Source: a virus (Duplodnaviria > Caudoviricetes). Taken from it: 38,373 bases of DNA. Of the stretch, positions 1 through 8,247 are shown in pieces. The stretch spans positions 1-38,373 of IMG/VR virus record IMGVR_UViG_3300044724_000147; one strand, given 5' to 3'. The notes beneath the pieces are model-generated. The model searched no databases. It was not told where the DNA came from and saw only the letters and a list, made by a program, of their open reading frames with translations. The position numbers and the translations under genes are program-made. Each line of letters starts with the position of its first letter. Position 1 is the stretch's first letter.

Positions 1-1479
1 ACCTCTCGTGAAATTCTATCGATTAGGAGAAACTGGTACGAAGATGATGCAAAGAAAAAGAAAAGGTTACACTTCGTCCATTACAAATACTTACCGGGTC
101 TTGGTTTTTATGGCACAGGACTTATACATCTCATTGGTGGTCTGGCTAAATCCGCTACGTCAATACTGCGTCAGCTCATTGATGCTGGGACATTATCTAA
201 TTTGCCAGCAGGTCTTAAAGCTCGCGGTCTTCGTATCAAAGGTGATGACTCGCCTCTTATGCCGGGCGAGTTCCGCGATGTGGATGTTCCGGGTGGGGCT
301 ATTCGTGATTCGATTACGTTCATCCCTTATAAAGAGCCGTCAGGTGTACTTTACTCTTTACTTGGAAACATTGTCGAAGAGGGAAGACGCATTGGTTCGG
401 TTGCGGATATTCAAGTAGGTGACATGAACTCACAAGCACCTGTGGGTACAACGCTTGCTCTGATGGAGCGCAGTATGAAGGTTATGTCTGGTGTGCAAGC
501 ACGTATGCATGCAGCCATGAAGAAAGAGCTTCGATTGTTGGCACGTATTATACGCGACTACATGCCAGCAGAATATGCTTATGAGATGGACGGGGACTTT
601 GACAGGCAGAAAGACTTTGATTCTCGTGTTGATGTTATACCTGTCTCAGATCCCAATGCTGCGACTATGTCCCAAAGGATTATGCAGTATCAGGCAGCGT
701 TGCAGCTTTCTCAACAAGCTCCTCAATTATATGATATGGGGAAGCTGCATCGTCAGATGCTAGAGGTGTTGGGAATACAGGATGCAAGCGACATCATCAA
801 ACTACCTGATGACATAAAGCCAGCCGATCCTGTGACTGAAAACATGATGCTCTTAAAACAAGAACCAGTCAAAGCATTCAAATACCAAGATCATGAAGCA
901 CATATCGCTGTGCATATGGCAGCAATACAAGATCCTAAAATGCGTGAGATGGTGGGTCAATCACCGTTCGCTCAGGCGATTGGTCAGGCTATGTCTGCTC
1001 ATGTTACCGAACATGTTGCATTCCAGTATCGTCGTGAAATTGAAAAGATGCTTGGTGTCGAAATGCCAAATGAAGATCAGCCATTACCAGAGGACGTAGA
1101 AGTAGAGATCTCAAGACTAGCAAAAGATGCAGCAGAAAAACTATTGCAAAAAGATCAGGCAGAAGCACAACAACAGCAAATCGCACAACAACAACAAGAT
1201 CCTGTTGTGCAAATGCAACAAGCAGAATTACAAATGAAGCAGAAAGAGCTTGAGCATAAGATTCAGATGGATACGCAAAAGCTACAACTTGATGCAATGG
1301 CAAAAAGTTCAAATGCACAAATTCAACAGGAACGTATTTCCGCTGAGAACCAACGCGAAGGGGCGCGTCTTGGCGTAAAACTAGCCACCGATCTGGATAA
1401 ATCACAACGTAGTGATCAGAAAGAGGGCGCAAAATTGGGGATAGAAATAGCGAAGGAGTTAACAAAGGGAGATGGATGA
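1..1479 (+). CDS. portal protein (5'-truncated at window edge)
   Basis: Frame 1 is open from base 1 (TSREILSIRRNWY...HFVHYKYLPGLGFYGTGLIHLIGGL...RQLIDAGTLSNLPAGLKARG), a pattern typical of marine podovirus portals. Q-rich coiled C-terminus; lies upstream of the scaffold and capsid genes. Confidence 0.9.
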   Translation, partial: TSREILSIRRNWYEDDAKKKKRLHFVHYKYLPGLGFYGTGLIHLIGGLAKSATSILRQLIDAGTLSNLPAGLKARGLRIKGDDSPLMPGEFRDVDVPGGAIRDSITFIPYKEPSGVLYSLLGNIVEEGRRIGSVADIQVGDMNSQAPVGTTLALMERSMKVMSGVQARMHAAMKKELRLLARIIRDYMPAEYAYEMDGDFDRQKDFDSRVDVIPVSDPNAATMSQRIMQYQAALQLSQQAPQLYDMGKLHRQMLEVLGIQDASDIIKLPDDIKPADPVTENMMLLKQEPVKAFKYQDHEAHIAVHMAAIQDPKMREMVGQSPFAQAIGQAMSAHVTEHVAFQYRREIEKMLGVEMPNEDQPLPEDVEVEISRLAKDAAEKLLQKDQAEAQQQQIAQQQQDPVVQMQQAELQMKQKELEHKIQMDTQKLQLDAMAKSSNAQIQQERISAENQREGARLGVKLATDLDKSQRSDQKEGAKLGIEIAKELTKGDG

Positions 1480-1657
1480 CTTATTTAGTCTTCTGAATAA
1501 GAAGATAGAAGAATACGAGAAAGATATTAAAACCTTTCTTGCATCTGGTCAGGCTGAAGATATGGCAATGTACAATCGTTTGGTGGGAAGAAACGAAGGA
1601 TTGCAGTACATAAAGCAAGACTTAGCGGATATCGAAAAGAGATATATTGAAACTTAG
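1472..1657 (+). CDS. small hypothetical protein (61 aa)
   Basis: Overlaps the portal stop; purine-rich sequence upstream; helical, with a YNRLVG motif of the kind usually seen between portal and GroES in this phage type. Confidence 0.75.
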   Translation: MDDLFSLLNKKIEEYEKDIKTFLASGQAEDMAMYNRLVGRNEGLQYIKQDLADIEKRYIET

Positions 1658-1675
1658 AACTTTTTTCGTTATTCT
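1647..1675 (+). promoter_or_regulatory. sigma70-like promoter TTGAAA-N17-TATTCT
   Basis: TTGAAA at 1647-1652 and TATTCT at 1670-1675 with exactly 17 nt spacing, upstream of the GroES/scaffold/capsid genes. Confidence 0.55.
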
Positions 1676-1746
1676 ATAAATGGGAGAACTTCGTGGGTAG
1701 TCCACGCAAGGTATCTGTGAACCTTTAAATCACTGCAAGGTAGAAA

Positions 1747-2115
1747 ATGTATACAGGAAATAAAACAACAGAAGAGAAGGTAGCCTCTAAATTACCAAAG
1801 CCACAAGGATACAAAATTCTTATTGGCGTACCCGAAGTCAGCGATAAAACCGAAGGTGGGGTTTTTATGCCAGACGGCCTCAAGGCCGCAGAAGAAACGG
1901 CATCAATCATAGGTTTTGTCATGAAGCTAGGCCCAGATGCCTACGCAGATAAAGATAAATTTCCAAATGGATCGTACTGTCAAGAGGGGGACTTTGTAGT
2001 CTTCCGCTCTTATTCAGGCACTCGATTTAAAATTCATGGAAAAGAATTTAGACTTATCAACGATGACACTGTTGAAGCAGTTGTCGATGATCCAAGGGGG
2101 TATGCAAGAGTATGA
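1747..2115 (+). CDS. groES: co-chaperonin GroES (Cpn10)-like protein
   Basis: PQGYKILI...KTEGGVFMP mobile loop; G-x-V-x-x-G-P-D-AY; GDFVVFRSYSGT; EFRLINDDTVEAVV. Confidence 0.9.
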   Translation: MYTGNKTTEEKVASKLPKPQGYKILIGVPEVSDKTEGGVFMPDGLKAAEETASIIGFVMKLGPDAYADKDKFPNGSYCQEGDFVVFRSYSGTRFKIHGKEFRLINDDTVEAVVDDPRGYARV

Positions 2116-3089
2116 ACAATCTAGCTGAAGAACAAGAGTTCAAAGAGGAAACAGTGGCTGAGGCTATTGATTCTGCTAAACAAACAACAAACCAAGACGA
2201 TGGTGATGATAGCTTTGAGATTGAAGTTGTAGATGATCTTCCGCCAGAACATCAGAATAGACCGCGTCAGGCAAAGGATGCTGACGTAGATGAGTCTGTT
2301 GAAGACAGTGATGATGAGATAAAATCATATAGTGAAGGTGTTCAAAAGCGAATCAAGAAGTTATCTTGGGAAAAACAGGAGAAAGAGCGTCAACGCATTG
2401 AGGCTCAGAACCTTCAAGAAGAAGCTCTCAAGTATGCTGAACAGATTAAGCAAGAGAATGAAAGGCTTCGTAAAACTTTAGAAGAAGGTGAAGGGGTTCT
2501 TGTTAATCAGGCAAAAGGACGTGTAGCCGCAGAGCTAGAAAAGGCTAGGTCGGAAGCTAAGGCAGCATATGAAATAGGCGATGCTGATGCTATGATTGCT
2601 GCTAATGAAAGGGTTGCAAGACTAGCTACTGAAGAAGAGAGGTACAAAAGCTACAAGCCTCAACCGCGACCACAACCAGCTCCACAACCTCAGTATCAAC
2701 AGCAAGTTCAGCGTCCAGCTCAACCTGATCAACGTGCTTTAGAGTGGGCAAAAAGTAATGATTGGTTTGAGAAAGACCCTGAGATGACAGGGTATGCTTA
2801 TGGATTGCATGAAAAACTTGTAAAAAGTGGTATTGATCCAAGAAGCGAACAGTATTACAGTGAGATAGACACAGCGGTTCGCCGCGTGTTTCCAGATAAG
2901 TTTGATGATGGGCCTATTATTGAGGAATCAGCACCCCAACGTCAGACTGGCAACGTGGTTGCCCCTGCCGCTCGTAGCGGTAAAAAACCACGCAAAGTGC
3001 AACTGACCTCAACGCAGGTCGCTCTCGCCAAGCGACTTGGTCTGTCAAATGAACAATATGCGGCGCAATTAATGAAGGAAATGAAATAA
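2112..3089 (+). CDS. capsid scaffolding protein (putative)
   Basis: Acidic N-terminus, long coiled coil (YSEGVQKRIKKL), W..N.WF motif, C-terminal VQLTSTQVALAKRLGLS.EQYA; lies between portal and capsid genes. Confidence 0.75.
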   Translation: MNNLAEEQEFKEETVAEAIDSAKQTTNQDDGDDSFEIEVVDDLPPEHQNRPRQAKDADVDESVEDSDDEIKSYSEGVQKRIKKLSWEKQEKERQRIEAQNLQEEALKYAEQIKQENERLRKTLEEGEGVLVNQAKGRVAAELEKARSEAKAAYEIGDADAMIAANERVARLATEEERYKSYKPQPRPQPAPQPQYQQQVQRPAQPDQRALEWAKSNDWFEKDPEMTGYAYGLHEKLVKSGIDPRSEQYYSEIDTAVRRVFPDKFDDGPIIEESAPQRQTGNVVAPAARSGKKPRKVQLTSTQVALAKRLGLSNEQYAAQLMKEMK

Positions 3090-3532
3090 TGTCGAACCGA
3101 AACTCACGCACTACAGAGACTCGTGAAGAGTCAAAACGCAAGGTGTCATGGCAGAGACCGTCGATGTTACCTGTCCCCGAACCTAAAGAAGGTATTGAAT
3201 ACCGTTGGGTTCGCACATCAACTCTTGGACAGACTGACAATACGAATGTTTCTTCTAAATTTCGTGAGGGCTGGACACCTGTTCGTGCAGAAGATCATCC
3301 AAACCTTCAAGTTGTGTCTGATATCGATTCTCGATTTACAGACAATATTGAGGTCGGTGGGTTATTGCTATGTCAGAACTCAACCGAAAATATGCAAGCT
3401 AGACGCGATGCACAGAATGATCAGGCTCAAAGTCAGATGAAGGCTGTGGACAACTCTTACTTGCGTAACTCAGACCCTCGTATGCCCGTTCTAAATCCAG
3501 AGCGGTCTACGCGATCTTCGTTTGGTAAGTGA
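3089..3532 (+). CDS. conserved head-module hypothetical protein
   Basis: TAATG coupling to the scaffold gene; YRWVR...REGWTPV...IEVGGLLLC motifs. Confidence 0.8.
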   Translation: MSNRNSRTTETREESKRKVSWQRPSMLPVPEPKEGIEYRWVRTSTLGQTDNTNVSSKFREGWTPVRAEDHPNLQVVSDIDSRFTDNIEVGGLLLCQNSTENMQARRDAQNDQAQSQMKAVDNSYLRNSDPRMPVLNPERSTRSSFGK

Positions 3533-3584
3533 CCTTTAGGGGGAGCTTGCTTGGTTGAAACTCAAATTGTGAGGAAACAGAGCT

Positions 3585-4196
3585 ATGGCTATTACAGCAG
3601 CTCCTTATGGATTACGTCCTGTGCGTCGCGCAGACGGAACACCATACGCTGGGGCAACGTCCCAGTTTCTCATCGATCCTGCTGGTGAAGCAACAAACCT
3701 ATTCTATGGGCAAGCTGTTATCATTGGGGCCGATGGGTATATCGCGCTGGCTACAGGTACAGGTGCAGACCTTACCTCTAACAGCATTTCAGGCACTTCA
3801 GGCGTAGGCGCAGTAGGCGTTTTCGTAGGTTGTGAATATGTAAACTCTTCAGGCCAACTCGTACAGGCTCAGTATTATCCATCAGGTACATCTAATGGTG
3901 ATGCTATTAAAGCTTATGTTGTTGACGATCCAAACGTATTATTTCAAGCACAGCTTGATGCCGCTGGAGCGCAAACAATTATTGGCACAAACACATTCTT
4001 TGCAACAGCACAGTCTACCTCAACTGGTGATACATCAACAGGTAACTCTACGTCTGCATTGGATGCGACTGTACAAACCGCAGCGGCTGCATTCCGCATC
4101 GTTGCACATGTGTCACCTGCTAGTGATGCCTTCCCAGATGTTCTTGTTAAGTTCAATCCGGGCGGTCACCAGATGACAAATAACGTCGGCTTATAA
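3585..4196 (+). CDS. capsid decoration/cement protein (putative)
   Basis: GAGGA RBS; APYGLRPV start, GVFVGCEY and VVDDPNVLF motifs; Gly/Thr/Ala-rich; immediately before the major capsid gene. Confidence 0.7.
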   Translation: MAITAAPYGLRPVRRADGTPYAGATSQFLIDPAGEATNLFYGQAVIIGADGYIALATGTGADLTSNSISGTSGVGAVGVFVGCEYVNSSGQLVQAQYYPSGTSNGDAIKAYVVDDPNVLFQAQLDAAGAQTIIGTNTFFATAQSTSTGDTSTGNSTSALDATVQTAAAAFRIVAHVSPASDAFPDVLVKFNPGGHQMTNNVGL

Positions 4197-4208
4197 GGAG
4201 ATTAGACT

Positions 4209-5114
4209 ATGGCTATATCACGCGCCCAGCTCCTTAAAGAGCTACTACCCGGTCTGAATGCTTTATTCGGTCTTGAGTACGATCAGTACGAGAATGAGCA
4301 TGCAGAAATTTACGAAACTGAAAACTCAGATCGTAGCTTCGAAGAAGAAGTGAAATTGTCTGGTTTCGCAGCAGCCCCAGTGAAAGCTGAAGGTCAAGCG
4401 ATTTCTTATGACAATGGTCAAGAACACTTCACTGCTCGTTACAACCATGAAACGGTTGCAATGGGTTTCTCTATCACTGAAGAAGCTATGGAAGATAACC
4501 TGTACGACTCATTGTCAGCTCGTTATACAAAGGCCTTAGCTCGCGCTATGGCGTATACGAAGCAGGTTAAATCTGCGTCTTTGCTTAACACAGGGTTTGA
4601 TTCTTTCACATCAGGTGACGGATCATTCTTGTTTGCGACTGACCACCCGACAGTAGAGGGCGGCACAAACTCAAACAAACCTTCTGTTAATGCAGACTTG
4701 AACGAAACATCTTTAGAGCAAGCTGTTATTGATATTGCTGCGTTCACTGACGAACGTGGTCTATTGATTGCTGCACGTCCTCGTAAGTTGATCGTTCCAC
4801 CTGCGCTTATGTTCGTTGCAACTCGTTTGCTACAAACAGAGCTACGCACAGGTACAGCGGATAACGACACCAACGCATTGCGTTCGAATGGTTCGATCCC
4901 AGAAGGCTATCGTGTCAATCACTATCTAACTGACACAGACGCTTTCTTCATCACTACAGATGTTCCAAACGGCATGAAGCACTTTGTGCGTACTGCTATG
5001 CAGACATCTATGGACGGTGACTTTGATACAGGTAACGTGCGCTACAAAGCTCGTGAGCGTTACTCATTCGGCGTATCTGATCCACTAGGCATGTACGGTT
5101 CTCCGGGTGCTTAA
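4209..5114 (+). CDS. major capsid protein (HK97 fold, Mu gpT-like family)
   Basis: AAGGAG RBS; MAISRAQLLKELLPGLNALFGLEY, PRKLIVPPAL and GDFDTGNVRYKARERYSFG motifs; followed by a strong terminator. Confidence 0.92.
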   Translation: MAISRAQLLKELLPGLNALFGLEYDQYENEHAEIYETENSDRSFEEEVKLSGFAAAPVKAEGQAISYDNGQEHFTARYNHETVAMGFSITEEAMEDNLYDSLSARYTKALARAMAYTKQVKSASLLNTGFDSFTSGDGSFLFATDHPTVEGGTNSNKPSVNADLNETSLEQAVIDIAAFTDERGLLIAARPRKLIVPPALMFVATRLLQTELRTGTADNDTNALRSNGSIPEGYRVNHYLTDTDAFFITTDVPNGMKHFVRTAMQTSMDGDFDTGNVRYKARERYSFGVSDPLGMYGSPGA

Positions 5115-5116
5115 TT

Positions 5117-5130
5117 AGTTCAATAGAACT
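5117..5130. promoter_or_regulatory. palindromic site AGTTCAATAGAACT
   Basis: 1 mismatch to the perfect palindrome. The 20 bp agttcaatagaacttttgga are identical to the copy at 22854. Confidence 0.75.
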
Positions 5131-5134
5131 TTTG

Positions 5135-5167
5135 GAAGGGGCTGCTAACGCGGCCCTTTCTTTTTTT
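5135..5167 (+). terminator. rho-independent terminator after the major capsid gene
   Basis: GAAGGGGCTGC-TAAC-GCGGCCCTTTC, an 11-bp stem with two G-U pairs, followed by a run of 7 T. Confidence 0.88.
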
Positions 5168-5175
5168 GTAGAATG

Positions 5176-5184
5176 TGTTATTCT
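5176..5184 (+). promoter_or_regulatory. extended -10 promoter TGn-TATTCT
   Basis: TGTTATTCT just after the terminator; shares the GTTATTCT core with the 1668-1675 promoter. Confidence 0.5.
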
Positions 5185-5189
5185 GACTT

Positions 5190-5270
5190 TGGGGTAACAT
5201 TAGCCTTGCAGACAGGATTCCACCCCACCTGACGTTGCACAGACTGCTAGGCGAAACCTTGTGCAAGGGG
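5190..5270 (+). ncRNA. candidate structured 5' leader RNA (two hairpins with complementary loops)
   Basis: Stem TGGGGT/ACCCCA (5190-5195 with 5222-5227); stem TTGCACA/TGTGCAA (5235-5241 with 5260-5266); loop segments GCCTTGCAG (5203-5211) and CTGCTAGGC (5244-5252) are 8/9 complementary. Confidence 0.5.
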
Positions 5271-5277
5271 TATTAAT

Positions 5278-5760
5278 ATGGCTTCAACTACATTTTCAGG
5301 CCCAGTGACATCTACTGGTGGTTTTATCAGCGGTTCAGACTCTCTGGTTTCTATTGCAGCAGACGCAACAATGACTGCTGCTTCAAACGCAGGTAGAACA
5401 ATGAATCTCAACATAGCATCTGGTGCTACTGTAACTCTACCTGCCGCTTCAGGTTCAGGAAACACATATCGTTTCTTTGTTCAAACAACCGTAACTTCTA
5501 ACAACTATAAGATCCAAGTTGCTAACGCTAATGACACAATGTCTGGTGTTGCAGTGGTTGCGAATGACAGTGATGCTACAGCTTCTATTTTTGAAACAGC
5601 AGCAGATAGTGACACAATCACATTAAATGGAACCACAACAGGTGGTGTTCTTGGTGGTCAAGTAGAGATTCAAGATGTTGCGTCAAACAAATTTCGTGTT
5701 CTTATAAATCAAGCAGCAACAGGAACAGAGGCTACTCCATTTAGCGCAGCCGTTTCATAG
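5278..5760 (+). CDS. virion structural protein (head fibre/decoration-like)
   Basis: MASTTFSGPV start, TLPAASGSG..YRF motif, DTITLNGTTTGG; Thr/Ala/Gly-rich beta composition. Confidence 0.7.
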   Translation: MASTTFSGPVTSTGGFISGSDSLVSIAADATMTAASNAGRTMNLNIASGATVTLPAASGSGNTYRFFVQTTVTSNNYKIQVANANDTMSGVAVVANDSDATASIFETAADSDTITLNGTTTGGVLGGQVEIQDVASNKFRVLINQAATGTEATPFSAAVS

Positions 5761-5767
5761 GTGATTC

Positions 5768-5929
5768 ATGGGTAAATTAACTGCAATGAAACCCCGTAAA
5801 GCGGTACGTGCTAGGAAAGCAGACGGAACATTAAAAGCTGATGATCCGTCAACTCCTGACGTAAACGAAGCGTGGGAAGGCGGCAAGGCTCCTAACAAGG
5901 ATGCTAAGTCAGAAAATAAAAAGGAATAA
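5768..5929 (+). CDS. small protein with RAR..G..ADDPSTPDVNEAW motif (53 aa; not in ORF track)
   Basis: Read by hand: MGKLTAMKPRKAVRARKADGTLKADDPSTPDVNEAWEGGKAPNKDAKSENKKE*. AGGTG RBS upstream; fills the gap between neighbours; motif familiar from small marine phage proteins. Confidence 0.8.
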   Translation: MGKLTAMKPRKAVRARKADGTLKADDPSTPDVNEAWEGGKAPNKDAKSENKKE

Positions 5930-5932
5930 GAG

Positions 5933-6475
5933 ATGGGCAATAATACTATATCTCAGATTCATCAGGCTCACAGACATGAAAGTGGTTTTGCTGTTCTTGG
6001 TCGTCATAGAGTTAAAGAGATTTCTGTAACAGGGACATCTAGTGCGGGTCGTCTAGAAATTTTTGATACAGACACAGCTCCAGAGGCTGGAACTTACGCT
6101 CAATCAGGGACAACAGTTACTGTAACTGATACGGGTCACGGATTATCAACAGGTGATGTTGTTGGTATTGCATTTGAAACAGGTACAGGTGGAACGGCTC
6201 AACCGGGCAACTACACAATTACAGTGACTACAGCAAATGCGTTTACCGTAACAATGTTAAACAGTGACACTATTTCAGACACACCAGCTTGTCGATATGT
6301 TGCTTCGACTCCTACTGCTAATGCGTTTCCTAAAAGATGGCTGATGACTAAAGAGACAAGTGCTGCGGATACTTTTGCAAATACTTTCTCAATACCAAAT
6401 CAGGGCTTTATATCAACGTATGGTGTCTATTTCCATATGTCTAATTTGGGTCATACGGATGTCTTCTACGAGTAA
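5933..6475 (+). CDS. virion structural protein with inserted beta-rich domain
   Basis: AAGGA RBS; the internal TTVTVTDTGHGLSTGDVV...YTITVTTANAFTVT module is typical of tail/baseplate accessory domains. Confidence 0.7.
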   Translation: MGNNTISQIHQAHRHESGFAVLGRHRVKEISVTGTSSAGRLEIFDTDTAPEAGTYAQSGTTVTVTDTGHGLSTGDVVGIAFETGTGGTAQPGNYTITVTTANAFTVTMLNSDTISDTPACRYVASTPTANAFPKRWLMTKETSAADTFANTFSIPNQGFISTYGVYFHMSNLGHTDVFYE

Positions 6476-6761
6476 GTCCAAAAAAGGAACCATGAAAGGC
6501 CACACCATAAAAGGTGGTCATAAACGTCCTACTAAAAAGGGTGCGGGTATGACCAAGAAAGGTGTGGCTAAATATCGTAAAGATAACCCCGGTTCTAAAC
6601 TCAAGACAGCCGTTACAGGTAAAGTAAAGAAGGGCAGCAAGGACGCAAAGAGACGAAAGTCATTTTGCGCTAGATCAGCAGGGCAGATGAAGAAGTTTCC
6701 TAAAGCTGCAAAAGACCCGAACAGTCGTTTACGACAAGCAAGAAAAAGATGGAAATGTTAG
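6459..6761 (+). CDS. small basic protein, DUF6321-like
   Basis: AGMTKKGVAKYR..NPGSKLKTAV...RRKSFCARSAGQM...DPNSRLRQARKRWKC. Start is ATG 6459 or ATG 6492 (AAGGA RBS), not 6360. Confidence 0.8.
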   Translation: MSSTSKSKKGTMKGHTIKGGHKRPTKKGAGMTKKGVAKYRKDNPGSKLKTAVTGKVKKGSKDAKRRKSFCARSAGQMKKFPKAAKDPNSRLRQARKRWKC

Positions 6762-6770
6762 GATATTATA

Positions 6771-7043
6771 ATGGCATATGAGAGAAAGCATCCTTCCCCA
6801 CTTGTAGAGGCTATTGGAAAGTTTGCGCGGAAAAGAAAAGCAAGAAAAGATTCTCAGAAGGCTACAGAGGCCAATGAAGAAAAAGTTGCAATGAAAAGAA
6901 AGATTATGGAAGCAGAGGCCAAGGAAAGTAAAAGAAATTTCATGATGAAGTCTGATGGTGGAAAACTAAAAAGGTCTGTGGATGGTGTTGCAACTCGTGG
7001 ATTAACCCGAGCTGCAACAAAAGGTTTTGGTAAAGTAGGATGA
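6771..7043 (+). CDS. small basic protein with DGG and DGVATRG motifs
   Basis: AGGA RBS; K/R-rich; stop overlaps the next start (ATGA). Confidence 0.7.
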   Translation: MAYERKHPSPLVEAIGKFARKRKARKDSQKATEANEEKVAMKRKIMEAEAKESKRNFMMKSDGGKLKRSVDGVATRGLTRAATKGFGKVG

Positions 7044-7336
7044 CTATGTCTCGTTCTCAAATGGGTAGTCAGTTGGTTGGTAATCGTGTCTCTACAGGTG
7101 ACGATGCAAAAGACCTTGATATCATCCGCATGGGGAAAGGTGGTAAGACTAAGAAGAAAAAGTCTAAGAGCCGTGTGAACGAAGCTGGTAACTATACCAA
7201 ACCATCTATGCGTAAGCGATTGTTTAATAAGATTAAAGCTGGTGGCAAAGGTGGAGCGCCGGGTCAGTGGTCTGCTCGAAAAGCACAGATGTTGGCAAAA
7301 CAATATAAGGCAGCAGGTGGTGGATACAGGAATTGA
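7040..7336 (+). CDS. small basic protein, DUF5872-like N-terminal half
   Basis: NYTKPSMRKRLFNKIKAGGKGGAPGQWSARKAQMLAKQYKAAGGGY. Confidence 0.8.
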   Translation: MTMSRSQMGSQLVGNRVSTGDDAKDLDIIRMGKGGKTKKKKSKSRVNEAGNYTKPSMRKRLFNKIKAGGKGGAPGQWSARKAQMLAKQYKAAGGGYRN

Positions 7337-7844
7337 GAATGATTTACGCAGTTGGTCGCGTGAAGTATTAGAGGTTCCCAATGAACACCTCAAGGGGATG
7401 CCGCCGTGTCCTTATGCAAAAGAGGCATGGAAAAAAGAAAAAGTTTTTGTACTTGAGACAGATGATATAATTTTAACAACCTGTAATACTACTCAATTTT
7501 TTTACGACTATGAAAAAGATCTTTTAGTTATTGCATCTTTCAATATGCCAGACATAGATGAGTTCAGTGGATTTATAGACGAACTCAATAGGAAAGAGGA
7601 AACGCTGCACTGTATGGGGTTTCATCCTGAGTACGATGCAGAAGATGCAGAGTTAGATTTCTTAACGGATAACGATTGGGAGAGTTCTATAGATAAATCA
7701 TATTGTATGATTTTTATTCAAGATCTTGAACAAGTTGTTAGAGCCAGTGACAAGCTGGAACGGTTGGGGTACTATAAAGTGTATCCTGAATCAGAATACC
7801 AAGAACTCGTAGTAGAACGGAAAAGGAGACTACAATGGCTATGA
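7320..7844 (+). CDS. acidic hypothetical protein (PCPYA / FHP motifs, DUF1415-like)
   Basis: GMPPCPYAKEAW, CMGFHPE and L..ASDKLERLGYY motifs. Real start is probably GTG near 7317-7320 rather than 7242. Confidence 0.65.
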   Translation: MDTGIENDLRSWSREVLEVPNEHLKGMPPCPYAKEAWKKEKVFVLETDDIILTTCNTTQFFYDYEKDLLVIASFNMPDIDEFSGFIDELNRKEETLHCMGFHPEYDAEDAELDFLTDNDWESSIDKSYCMIFIQDLEQVVRASDKLERLGYYKVYPESEYQELVVERKRRLQWL

Positions 7845-7975
7845 AACCTCGTGCAATGAAAAAGAAACCTATGGCGATGAAACGTGGTGGTGCAGCAAAG
7901 AAAATGATGCGCGGCGGCAGCATGATGAAAAAACCTGTGGCGATGAAACGTGGTGGTAAGTCTAAGAAAAAATAA
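7835..7975 (+). CDS. tiny Met/Lys/Arg-rich repeat protein (46 aa; not in ORF track)
   Basis: AAGGAG RBS at about 7823. MAMKPRAMKKKPMAMKRGGAAKKMMRGGSMMKKPVAMKRGGKSKKK*; TAATG coupling to the next gene. Confidence 0.8.
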   Translation: MAMKPRAMKKKPMAMKRGGAAKKMMRGGSMMKKPVAMKRGGKSKKK

Positions 7976-8238
7976 TGTCGTTAAAAAAGTCGCAGAAGAG
8001 TCTGAAGTCTTGGACAAAGCAGAAGTGGCGTACTAAAAGTGGCAAGCCTTCAACGCAAGGCGCTAATGCTACTGGTGAACGCTACCTCCCTTCTGCGGCT
8101 ATTAAGTCTCTTAGCAGCAGTGAGTATGCAGCTACAACCAGAGCTAAACGAAAAGGCAAGGCGTCAGGTAAGCAGCATGTACCTCAACCTAAAAAAGTCG
8201 CAAAGAAAACAAGACGACACAGAAGTGTAGTCACATAG
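7975..8238 (+). CDS. small basic protein, DUF5872-like C-terminal half
   Basis: SQKSLKSWTKQKWRTKSGKPS...TGERYLPSAAIKSLS..EYAATTRAKR...QHVPQPKKVAKK. Confidence 0.8.
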   Translation: MSLKKSQKSLKSWTKQKWRTKSGKPSTQGANATGERYLPSAAIKSLSSSEYAATTRAKRKGKASGKQHVPQPKKVAKKTRRHRSVVT

Positions 8239-8247
8239 GAATTTATC

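Noticed and set aside
8-418. 136-aa + strand ORF, and the TTG start at 202 for the portal
   Set aside because: The portal frame is open from base 1 with conserved motifs; the 8..418 ORF is an off-frame shadow.
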